The notes under the pieces are model-generated. The model was not told where the DNA came from, did not search any database, and saw only the letters and a program-made list of their open reading frames with translations. The position numbers and the translations under genes are program-made. DNA of 64,000 nucleotides from Bradyrhizobium sp. (GTDB lineage Bacteria; Pseudomonadota; Alphaproteobacteria; Rhizobiales; Xanthobacteraceae), in the NCBI GenBank assembly GCA_035644295.1, contig DASQOU010000328.1, positions 5,300 through 69,299 on the forward strand, written 5' to 3'. Positions 1 to 7,942 of the stretch are shown piece after piece (the stretch's first letter is position 1; each line of letters opens with the position of its first letter).

Positions 1-218
1 ATCGCGCGTCCCATGACCCAGTCCTTGTCGCTCTCCGACAGGAACCCCAGTTCTTCGGTGAAATGGGTGACGCGCTCACGGTAGCTGGCCTTGGCGAACG
101 AATTCGTGATGTCGGTACCCCAATAGTAACGCTCAGGACCGTAGGCGTCGAACAAGCGCTGCAGATGCACCGTCATGTCGCGGAATGGATAGGGTTCGAG
201 TGAGTTGCCGGGCGCACC
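1..218 (-). pseudogene. C-terminal fragment of an amidohydrolase_2 family protein, 5'-truncated, running off the left edge of the window
   Basis: Manual translation gives GAPGNSLEPYPFRDMTVHLQRLFDAYGPERYYWGTDIT...EELGFLSESDKDWVMGRA (typical FGPER..WGTD motif). An in-frame TGA lies two codons upstream, where the sequence turns AT-rich. Confidence 0.7.
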
Positions 219-314
219 CCTTCAAAAGATTAATGAATTAGGAGCCACGCCCAGGAACCTTCGTCAGCTGACACTATTTGCTCCCTGTCCAATACTGGAC
301 GGGAGGTAGACACC

Positions 315-569
315 ATGAAGAAAGTTCTCTTAGCGACGGTCGCTATTCTCGCATTCGCTGCACCTTCATTCGCGCAAGACAAAACTGTCGGTCAAGCGCC
401 GCCATCAGGTGCGTCTTCGTTCTACCTGGCTCAAGATACGGCGACGATGAAGTGTCAAGTTGTCAATGCCCAGCCTGCCGCTGGTGGCAACATGAAGGTT
501 ATCGGTGCTGCTCATCCGACACAGGCATCAGCACAAACAGCTTTGACGGCTGATAAAACTTGCAAGTAA
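315..569 (+). CDS. Small secreted protein (84 aa) with Sec signal peptide and two Cys
   Basis: GGGAGG RBS; MKKVLLATVAILAFAAPSFA signal peptide; downstream hairpin. Confidence 0.85.
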   Translation: MKKVLLATVAILAFAAPSFAQDKTVGQAPPSGASSFYLAQDTATMKCQVVNAQPAAGGNMKVIGAAHPTQASAQTALTADKTCK

Positions 570-590
570 TGAAGTGACGGCGCGAGTACA

Positions 591-631
591 GGGGTGGGTC
601 AATTGGTTAAACAAAACTACTGACCCGCCCC
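591..631 (+). terminator. Hairpin downstream of the small secreted protein
   Basis: GGGGTGGGTCA...TGACCCGCCCC inverted repeat. Confidence 0.5.
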
Positions 632-729
632 CGCCTCTAGTCATGCTCCTTTAGCAAGGGCTTCTTTAGGGTGGGGGAATGGACAAACCCAAATCACGTT
701 GAAATACTTCATGAAATCGTGTTTTTGGC

Positions 730-1110
730 GCAGGATGACTTTTCGTCGAATCGTCATCCCGCTCCAGCACCAGACAATGACCGTCATCCTCAGGTGCGAG
801 CGAAGCGAGCCTCGAAGGATGGCAACATGCACGGACTCGAACCATCCTTCGAGGCCCGCGCAAGAGCGCGGGCACCTACGGGTGAACGCAATTGCGTTCC
901 TCCCGGGGATGACGCAGCGAGTGCGCCAATTACTTCGCCAACGCCGGATATGACCAAACCTAATCTCATCCCGCTCTAGCTGCTCCTCGGCGGTCCAACT
1001 TGCATCAACCCGAATTTGCCTGACGCTGGAGCAGGATGACTTTCTCGTTGAATCGTCGTCCCGCTCTGGCACCAGAAAATGACCGTCATCCCCGGGGTGA
1101 ACGCAATTGC
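730..1110. repeat. Cluster of REP-like palindromic repeats; 730-895 is repeated in internally deleted form at 1031-1110
   Basis: GCAGGATGACTTT..GAATCGTC.TCCCGCTC at 730 and 1031; a GTCATCCTCAGGTGCGAGCGAAGCGAGCCTCGAAGGATGG...CCATCCTTCGAGGC palindrome at about 783-885; GGGTGAACGCAATTGC at 880 and 1095. Confidence 0.8.
977..1022. repeat. 46-bp direct repeat, left copy (right copy at 7878-7923)
   Basis: TAGCTGCTCCTCGGCGGTCCAACTTGCATCAACCCGAATTTGCCTG; 42/46 identical to 7878-7923. Confidence 0.9.
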
Positions 1111-1145
1111 ATGTCCAATCAAACCATGGCCACCCGGTCGTCTAT

Positions 1146-2540
1146 TCAGGTTTCGCGGAAAGCGCGGGACAAGCTGTCGAAGACCGGCTTCATAATGTAC
1201 TCGAAAAACGTACGCTCTCCGGTCTTGATGTAAACGTCGGCGGGCATCCCGGGCGTCGGAACGAATTCAGGCATGCGCCTGAGAATATCATCTTGGTCCA
1301 GGCGCACCCGAACGACATAAAATTCCCGACGCGTGTCACTGTCGGGGCGTGTTTCGGTCTTCACCTGCACTTGCTCCGCCAAGGCGTCCGCTGACACGTA
1401 GATGACGCTCGCCCCGACCATCGGCGTGATCCGCTGGTTGAGCGCCGACAGCCGTACCAGCGCCTCCTGGCCTACGCTCACGTGCGAAATGTCCTTTGGA
1501 TTCACGTGTGCCTCGATGATGCGCTCATCGCCTATCGGCAGGAGCTCAAGAATCACGGCGCCGGGAGAGACGACGCCGCCCCGCGTATGAAAGTTGTTCT
1601 TCACCACGATGCCATGGACCGGCGAACGGACGTCGACCCGGTCGACCACATCCTGGGCGGCGCGAATCTGCTCCTCCACGTCGTCCAGCTCCGTTTCGGT
1701 CTCGCGCAGCTCCTTGACTGTATCCCGGAGCGCCGTCGAGTGGAGCTGGGCTATTCTTTCGTTCGCCTGAGCGATCCGCTCCCTCGAATCGGCGATGCGG
1801 CCGAGAAACTCCCCGAGGTCGCCCCCGAGACTCGCCTCGGAGCGTCGCAGCGCCAGCACATCCGACTTGCGGATCAATTGCTGGCCAAGAAGCGAATCCT
1901 TATCCTTCAGCTCCTCGACAAACAGGGCAAGGCGATCTTTGGTGGATTGCACTTGCGCCTGATATCCGCGAATGCTTTCCTCCAGCCCGGCGACTTGCTT
2001 CCTGAGCACGCTTTCCTCGGTCGCGAGACTGGCCCGGCGTGCCCGCAGCTCGGCACGTTGCCGCTCAAGAATCCCTTTGATTTCCGGATCGGCTACGCTC
2101 TGGCTGAATGCGGCCGGACTTTCGATTGTCTCTGAAGAGCGCATTTCGGCTTCGAGACGCGCCTTCATAGCGAGCAGTCGATACTTCTTCAGAACCAGCC
2201 GCCTCAGCTTGGCGTTGGCAGCGGTGTCGTCCATGCGAACGAGGACTTGGCTCGCCTCGACGACATCACCCTCCTTGACTGCAATCTCGCGAAGGATGCC
2301 GCCCTCGAAGTGCTGGACCTGCTTGTTCTGTCCGGTCGCCATGAACGTGCCCGGGGCGAGGACCGCACTATTCAGTGGAGCGACTCCGGCCCAAAGACCG
2401 AAACAACCGAGCCATACGACCAGGATGGCGAGGCCGGTGAAGATGGGCCATTTGGCGCTCAGCGGAACGCCGCGGTACCACTCGCCGACGCTATCCTTTT
2501 CCGCTCTCGTGCTGTCTGCTGTCGTGCTGTCCGCTCTCAT
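1146..2540 (-). CDS. HlyD/PrtE-family type I secretion membrane fusion protein
   Basis: N-terminal TM; KQVQHFEGGIL..V.EGD.V lipoyl-like motif; long coiled coil; PGMPADVYIKTGERTFFEYIMKP C-terminus. Confidence 0.95.
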   Translation of the reverse strand: MRADSTTADSTRAEKDSVGEWYRGVPLSAKWPIFTGLAILVVWLGCFGLWAGVAPLNSAVLAPGTFMATGQNKQVQHFEGGILREIAVKEGDVVEASQVLVRMDDTAANAKLRRLVLKKYRLLAMKARLEAEMRSSETIESPAAFSQSVADPEIKGILERQRAELRARRASLATEESVLRKQVAGLEESIRGYQAQVQSTKDRLALFVEELKDKDSLLGQQLIRKSDVLALRRSEASLGGDLGEFLGRIADSRERIAQANERIAQLHSTALRDTVKELRETETELDDVEEQIRAAQDVVDRVDVRSPVHGIVVKNNFHTRGGVVSPGAVILELLPIGDERIIEAHVNPKDISHVSVGQEALVRLSALNQRITPMVGASVIYVSADALAEQVQVKTETRPDSDTRREFYVVRVRLDQDDILRRMPEFVPTPGMPADVYIKTGERTFFEYIMKPVFDSLSRAFRET

Positions 2541-4375
2541 GCTGTCCTCCCGAGCTGGTCACCTCCCGGGCCCGAGGCTTCGATGCGTCGCGGCTGCTCC
2601 GACTTGTCTCCGCCGGGCGACCGAACCAGGCGGTGCAGCACGTCGCTCGGAGATCCGAATGCTTCCGCGCGTCCCCCCCGCAGGATGAGCACTTTGTCCA
2701 CATTGTTCAGCAGCGCCGGTCGCAGGGTTACAACCACTGCGGTGACCCCCCGCTTTTTGGCGCGCTGCAGCGTCTCGGTCAGAGCCTGCTCGCCCGCCGC
2801 GTCGAGATTCGAGTTGGGCTCGTCGAGCACGACAAGGGACGGATTACCGAAGAAAGCCCGCGCGAGCGCGATCCGCTGCTTCTGTCCTCCGGAGATCGGC
2901 CCGCCGCTGCGGTCGAGCACGGTTTCGTATCCTTGCGGCAGCTGACAGACCATGTCGTGGACGCCCGAGAACATCGCCGCCTCATAGATGCTCGCGTCGG
3001 GCAGGTCGTCGCGCATGCGGCAGATGTTCTGCTTGATGGTCCCGGGAAACAGCTCGACCTCTTGGGGTAGGTAGCCGGTATATTCGCCGAACTGGCGGCG
3101 ATCCCAGTTGCGTAGCTCCGTTCCGTCCAGCCTTACTTTGCCGGCGGTCGGAACCAGACAACCCACCAGAATGCGCGCGAGGGTTGACTTGCCCGATCCG
3201 GACGGTCCGACGATGGCCAGGGCCTCTCCGGGCGCGAGCTCGAGCGACACACCGTTGAGCACCGGCTCCTTCGAGCCAGGCGGCAGGTACAAGATCCGAT
3301 CCACGGTCAGGCGCCCTTCCGGTTTGGGCAGGCGCAGCTTCGGCGTCTCGCGCTGGAATGACTCGACCGCCTGCTTGACGCGCGCATAGGCCGATCGCGC
3401 CTGAACGCAGCTGCGCCATCCCTCGATCAAGCCCTCGAGCGGCTGCAGGGCGCGGCCGGCAATGATCGAAGCCGCGATCATCATGCCGCCGGTGATCTCG
3501 GTATGAAGGGCCAGATAGGCGCCCATGCCGAGAATCGTGATCTGGGCCACGAGCCGGACGAACTTCGACGCACCGCTGATCCAAAAATTCCGGTCGAGGG
3601 CCTGGCTCTGCACCGTCAGGGCCGGCGCCTGCCGGCGCCCCCAATGAAGAATGCTCTCGCTCAGCATTCCCATCGCATTGATCACCTGCGAATTTCGCGC
3701 GAGCGACTCGGCCGCCGCATCCGCCTCCCCGGCATGCAGGCCTGCCTGGCCCAGACGCTCCGAGGTCGCTTTCTGGTTGATGAGCGCGATCAGCGCCAGA
3801 GCCAAGCCCGCCACGACCGCGATGTAGCCGAGATCTCGGTGAACGAGGAATATGACTCCGAAGTAGAGTGGCGAGAGTGGGGCATCCATCAGCAGAAGCA
3901 TGACGGGGCTCGAGATGAATCCGCGCACCTGGTGAAGGCTGCGGATTGCTTGGATGGTCCCGCCCTCGCCGGCCCTGGCGTTGTTGATGCTGCTCGCCAG
4001 CACTGCACCGCCCAGCAAGGCCTCCATCTTGGTTGCAAGACGCCCCAGTACCTGCCGACGCAGAATGTCGACTATCGAGAGGATGCCGATGAACGCCAGC
4101 GCGAGAGCCGAGAGCATCAGCAGTGTCTCGAGGCTGCGGCTCGTCAGTACGCGGTCGGAGATCTGGAACAGGTAGATCGGCAGCGTGAGCATCAGCAGAT
4201 TCACGACGACCGAAAACGCCGCGACCGCGATCAGATTGGCGCGCGCGACCGAACGCCAGGCGGCCAGCGGGTTGACAGGTCCAACATGATCGCGGGGCTC
4301 GCCTTTGGGTGCGACACGAAGCTGATCCGCAGAAAGGCTGCGCGGCGGATTGCTCAGTGTCTCGACGGCCGCCAT
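2537..4375 (-). CDS. PrtD-family type I secretion ABC transporter (permease + ATPase)
   Basis: FSVVVNLLMLTLPIYLFQISDRVLTSRS TMD start; GPSGSGKS; ISGGQKQR; LDEPNSNLD; stop overlaps the MFP start. Confidence 0.95.
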   Translation of the reverse strand: MAAVETLSNPPRSLSADQLRVAPKGEPRDHVGPVNPLAAWRSVARANLIAVAAFSVVVNLLMLTLPIYLFQISDRVLTSRSLETLLMLSALALAFIGILSIVDILRRQVLGRLATKMEALLGGAVLASSINNARAGEGGTIQAIRSLHQVRGFISSPVMLLLMDAPLSPLYFGVIFLVHRDLGYIAVVAGLALALIALINQKATSERLGQAGLHAGEADAAAESLARNSQVINAMGMLSESILHWGRRQAPALTVQSQALDRNFWISGASKFVRLVAQITILGMGAYLALHTEITGGMMIAASIIAGRALQPLEGLIEGWRSCVQARSAYARVKQAVESFQRETPKLRLPKPEGRLTVDRILYLPPGSKEPVLNGVSLELAPGEALAIVGPSGSGKSTLARILVGCLVPTAGKVRLDGTELRNWDRRQFGEYTGYLPQEVELFPGTIKQNICRMRDDLPDASIYEAAMFSGVHDMVCQLPQGYETVLDRSGGPISGGQKQRIALARAFFGNPSLVVLDEPNSNLDAAGEQALTETLQRAKKRGVTAVVVTLRPALLNNVDKVLILRGGRAEAFGSPSDVLHRLVRSPGGDKSEQPRRIEASGPGGDQLGRTA

Positions 4376-4387
4376 GTTCTCCCTCCG

Positions 4388-6136
4388 CTATAAGATGGCA
4401 TGTCCAAGGTGATCGATTGGATGAGTCGTATCCACGATGTCGGGAGGCGGCGGCGCGTGTTTTTGGGCATCGGCAACCACCGGCACCAAAGTATCGTGAG
4501 CCGATGTAGTGTCGGCCGGAGACACGGCGTGCTGCGGGGGGACTCCGATGTCGCTGCTCAGCGTAACGCCGTAGTGAGTATACTGGCTTCCAGCGAACAG
4601 AGCATGTGCTGGAGGCGTTGGCGCGTCGTTCAAGGCGATCACGTCGCTTGCGATGGGGGTCGGATGGACAGTCGCCGCGGCGTTCGATGCGCCCGTCACG
4701 ACGTGGGCTGGGGCAGCCGTCGCGGAGCCAGGAACCTCGATCGGTGAGTCAGTTGAGGTGGCGAGCGCGAGAAGGGTGTCGGCTGGTCCGACGGGTTGAC
4801 CCGTGCTGATGTCCGGCACGGCCGAATGCAACAGGTCGGTCGCAGGGCTGCTGTGCGAGGCCCCGGCGCTGGCGAGGACCGGTTCGGTGGCATCAAGCAC
4901 CGGCGCCGCACTCGGAAAAGCGTTGCTAACCACATTGCTGGCGTCAGCCGGAAGTGACACGTCATGGCTCGGACTGCCGACGGTATCGGTCATAGCCGCG
5001 AGCACCGGCTGTACCGCTGCCTCGACCGGTGCAGGCGTGCCGGACACGTCATGGCTCAGGCTGCTGACAGTATCGGTCACTGCCGCGAGCACCGGCTGCA
5101 CTGCTGCCTCGACCGGCGCGAGCGTGCCGGACACGTCATGGCTCAGGCTGCTGACAGTATCGGTCACTGCCGCGAGCACCGGCTGTACCGCCGCCTCGAC
5201 CGGCGCGAGCGTGCCGGCCAGGTCATGGCTCAGCGTGCCGACGGTATCGGTCACAGCCGCGAGCACCGGCTGCACCGCTGCCTCGACTGGCGCGAGCGTG
5301 CCGGCCAGGTCATGGCCCAGCGTGCCGATGGTATCGGTCACTGCCGCGAGCACCGGCTGCACCGCCGCCTCGACCGGCGCGAGCGTGCCCGCCAGGTCAT
5401 GGCTTAGCGTGCCGACGGTATCGTTCACCGTCATGAGCACCGGCTGCACCACCGGCTCGACCGGCGCAAGCGTGCCCGCCACGTCATGGGTCAGACTGCC
5501 GACGATTCCAAGCACGGGGGCGGAGCCGATCATCGACGGGCTGAACGAACCGCCAAGCACATTGGCCTGAATGGATTCGAGCGTTGACACGCCCGCCAGT
5601 TGACCGCTTCCGAGGTGGAAATCCGCTGACAGCGAGTTGACGGAACTACCGTCGATTGAGGTGTGAGCGTCGTGACTGTGAGAATCGGCACCATCGCCAC
5701 CTCCGCCGCCCCCGCCTCCTCCCCCACCGCCGGCTGCGGCAGCAACTTCGCTGCGGGCAAGGCTGGGCCTGGGCGCGTCTTCATCCGACTGCGCAGGAAG
5801 CCCGGTCTGATCGAGCTGGGCCGCATGCGCCTCAGACGAGGCGGCGGGCCCCTTGGCCGCCTCATCCTCTGCGCTCGCTTTCGAGGAATCACTCGCCGGC
5901 GGATCGTCCGCCGCCTGCGGCGCCGCGGCAGCCTGAACGGCTTTCGCGTCATCGCTCTCGGCCGCCGCAGATTTGAACGTGGCGGCGAGAAACTCTTCGT
6001 TGGCAATCAGCGGGGCAATGAAGAACGGCCAGGTCAAGAAACTGAAAGAGCCGGTTCGCTTGTCCGCACGCTGCACCCCGGCTTCGAAGCCCTTCCGTCG
6101 TTGTTCGAGCAGTTCACGCTTTTCTACTTCGTTCAT
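4388..6136 (-). CDS. Low-complexity acidic protein with six 29-aa amphipathic repeats; candidate T1SS substrate
   Basis: ORF 4388-6193; likely start ATG 6136 after GAAGGG; poly-Gly tract; TLAPVEAAVQPVLAAVTDTVGTLSHDLAG x6; ends 12 bp before the ABC gene. Confidence 0.85.
   Translation of the reverse strand: MNEVEKRELLEQRRKGFEAGVQRADKRTGSFSFLTWPFFIAPLIANEEFLAATFKSAAAESDDAKAVQAAAAPQAADDPPASDSSKASAEDEAAKGPAASSEAHAAQLDQTGLPAQSDEDAPRPSLARSEVAAAAGGGGGGGGGGGGDGADSHSHDAHTSIDGSSVNSLSADFHLGSGQLAGVSTLESIQANVLGGSFSPSMIGSAPVLGIVGSLTHDVAGTLAPVEPVVQPVLMTVNDTVGTLSHDLAGTLAPVEAAVQPVLAAVTDTIGTLGHDLAGTLAPVEAAVQPVLAAVTDTVGTLSHDLAGTLAPVEAAVQPVLAAVTDTVSSLSHDVSGTLAPVEAAVQPVLAAVTDTVSSLSHDVSGTPAPVEAAVQPVLAAMTDTVGSPSHDVSLPADASNVVSNAFPSAAPVLDATEPVLASAGASHSSPATDLLHSAVPDISTGQPVGPADTLLALATSTDSPIEVPGSATAAPAHVVTGASNAAATVHPTPIASDVIALNDAPTPPAHALFAGSQYTHYGVTLSSDIGVPPQHAVSPADTTSAHDTLVPVVADAQKHAPPPPDIVDTTHPIDHLGHAIL
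4957..5503 (-). repeat. 87-bp coding tandem repeat, about 6 copies
   Basis: GTCATGG recurs at 4961, 5048, 5135, 5222, 5309, 5396 and 5483. Confidence 0.95.
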
Positions 6137-6217
6137 GATTGCCGCCCTTCTTTTCGTTCTACTCAAAAACAACTCTCGCCCGGCAGCATTCATTGCCGGG
6201 CGAGTCTTTTCTGCGGA

Positions 6218-6913
6218 TCAGGCGTGATGCGCGATATCATGATGCGACGTGTCCGCCGGAATGTCGAAATGCCCTGCGTCGAAGTGATCCGCTGAGCCCA
6301 TCTGGCCGATAGCGTAGTCGAGCGCATGGCCGGACGACATCGAAGCGAGTGCGCCGTGCATGTCCGAATGATCCGGAGCGTTCGAGCTGAGATCACTATG
6401 GGAGAAGTCGAACTTGGCCAGCGCTTCACCCGGCCCCTTGCCGCAATCGTCGACCGGCTTGGTGTCGCAATGGTCCTTCTGCGGCTGGCAGTAGTCCTTG
6501 TGCGGCTGGCAGTCGTCATTCTTGGCGTGCTTGTCGTGATCGTTCCTGTGGTCGTCGTTCCTGGCCTGCTTGTCGTGATCGTCCCTGTGGTCGTCGTTCC
6601 TGGCCTGCTTGTCGTGATCGTCCCTATGGTCGTCGTTCTTGGCCTGCTTGTCGTGGTCGTCCCTATGGTCGTCGTTCTTGACCTGCTTCTCGCAATCGTC
6701 CCTATGGTCGTCGTTCTTGGCCTGTTTCTCGCGATCGTCCCTGTGATCGTCGTTCTTGGCCTGCTTCTCGTGATCATCGTTCTTTGATTCCTCGCGACCC
6801 TTGTGCTTTTCGTCGCCGCGGTCGTCGCACTTGGTTGGCTTGCATTCCTCGCTTGGGATCCCGAGATTCTTTATCGGCTCGAGAACGTTTGTAACGCTGC
6901 TCAGGATAGACAT
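6218..6913 (-). CDS. His/Asp-rich 13-aa repeat protein (231 aa); candidate secreted metal-binding protein
   Basis: GAGGAG RBS; NDDHRDDHDKQA(K/R) x6 plus a partial copy; Cys-containing flanks; His-rich C-terminus; no signal peptide. Confidence 0.85.
   Translation of the reverse strand: MSILSSVTNVLEPIKNLGIPSEECKPTKCDDRGDEKHKGREESKNDDHEKQAKNDDHRDDREKQAKNDDHRDDCEKQVKNDDHRDDHDKQAKNDDHRDDHDKQARNDDHRDDHDKQARNDDHRNDHDKHAKNDDCQPHKDYCQPQKDHCDTKPVDDCGKGPGEALAKFDFSHSDLSSNAPDHSDMHGALASMSSGHALDYAIGQMGSADHFDAGHFDIPADTSHHDIAHHA
6512..6784 (-). repeat. 39-bp coding tandem repeat, 6-7 copies
   Basis: TCGTC(G/A)TTC(C/T)TG recurs every 39 bp from about 6512 to 6746. Confidence 0.95.
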
Positions 6914-6988
6914 GGTTGCGCTCCTCGCTTGGGGTTTGCGACGGTCGCGGGCGCATGCCTCGTCCGGATCACCACGCCGTCATCCCTA

Positions 6989-7015
6989 TTGTCGCCGACG
7001 CACGCCGATGGATGC
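6989..7015 (-). promoter_or_regulatory. Candidate SigK/ECF18-type promoter for the repeat-protein/T1SS operon
   Basis: GCATCC-N15-CGACAA on the minus strand between the sigma gene and 6913; resembles the recalled SigK-type consensus (CATCC...CG). Confidence 0.4.
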
Positions 7016-7032
7016 AGCGGCAAAAAATAAAT

Positions 7033-7656
7033 TCACGCCTCATCGAGCTGCCGGCGCATGGCCACCAGCTCTCTCCTGATCCATGCCTTGACCGTTCCGA
7101 CCGGGACCTGGAGGTATTCGGCGATCTCCTCGTGAGTGCGCCCGTCGATGATCGCCAGCAGCAGGCTCGCGCGGCGCTTTGGCTCGAGGTGATCGAGCAT
7201 GGTCCGCAGCACCATACTGTCGGGGATGCAGGATGCAGGGTTCGGGATGGTCTGTGTCCGCTCGCAGATGGCGTTCAGCGTATCGTCGTCGAGCACGAGT
7301 TCGCGCGCGGCGTTCTCCTGCATCTTGAGCGCCGTGTTACGGACGATCGCGTAGATCCAGCCCCGGGCGCATCCCCGTGCAGGATCGAAGTTTTTGGCAT
7401 CCCGGAGAATCTGCGCAAATGCATCGTGGATGACATCCTCCGCACGTGAGACGTCGTGGACGATCCGTTGCGCCACCGCGCGCAACTGGTCCTTCTCCCG
7501 GACGTAGATCTTGCCGACGGCCGACCGCGATCCGGAGGCGCACTCGATCAGTGCTGTTTCGTAATTGAGAGCCGTTTCGCAACTGAGGCGTTTCTCAGCC
7601 CCCGCGGTGGTGCGGTGAGACTCTGCCTTTGTGAAGCCGGCTCGTTGGCGGGGCAT
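7033..7656 (-). CDS. ECF sigma-70 factor (SigK-like), no adjacent anti-sigma gene
   Basis: AEDVIHDAF, FDPARG.ARGWIYAIVRN (region 2); THEEIAEYLQVPVGTVKAWIRR (region 4). Confidence 0.92.
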   Translation of the reverse strand: MPRQRAGFTKAESHRTTAGAEKRLSCETALNYETALIECASGSRSAVGKIYVREKDQLRAVAQRIVHDVSRAEDVIHDAFAQILRDAKNFDPARGCARGWIYAIVRNTALKMQENAARELVLDDDTLNAICERTQTIPNPASCIPDSMVLRTMLDHLEPKRRASLLLAIIDGRTHEEIAEYLQVPVGTVKAWIRRELVAMRRQLDEA

Positions 7657-7686
7657 GTCAACGTCACCTGTCGCAAAACAGACGCG

Positions 7687-7772
7687 ACTATTCCCATGAA
7701 GGGAATAGTGACTTGCATTCCACTTGCATTCCAGTCGCGAACCACTTGCACTCTAATTGCCACTTGCATTCC
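7687..7772. promoter_or_regulatory. Inverted repeat plus four ACTTGCA(T/C)TC(C/T) direct repeats upstream of the ECF gene
   Basis: ACTATTCCC-atgaa-GGGAATAGT at 7687-7709; ACTTGCATTCC at 7711, 7722 and 7762; ACTTGCACTCT at 7744. Confidence 0.6.
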
Positions 7773-7877
7773 AATTGCGAATCAGCTGCTGACGAGCTCA
7801 ATCCAGCGGCATCTACTTTGTTCCCGAAAAATTTTCGGATCGCTACGACGCCGAAAGCGGAAGTAAATTCAGAGCGT

Positions 7878-7923
7878 TAGCTGCTCCTCCGCGGCCCAAC
7901 TTGCATCAATCCAAATTTGCCTG
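7878..7923. repeat. 46-bp direct repeat, right copy
   Basis: TAGCTGCTCCTCCGCGGCCCAACTTGCATCAATCCAAATTTGCCTG; matches 977-1022. Confidence 0.9.
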
Positions 7924-7942
7924 GTGCCAATGGGTCCGCGCT

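Noticed and set aside
641-1233. Several short ORFs between the secreted protein and the MFP gene
   Set aside because: They are translations of palindromic repeat DNA.
6512-6784. 39-bp tandem repeats as a possible CRISPR array
   Set aside because: Contiguous in-frame coding repeats with no unique spacers and no cas genes; the same applies to the 87-bp repeats at 4957-5503.
4388-6913. RTX toxin or adhesin as T1SS cargo
   Set aside because: No GGxGxDxUx nonapeptide arrays in either protein.
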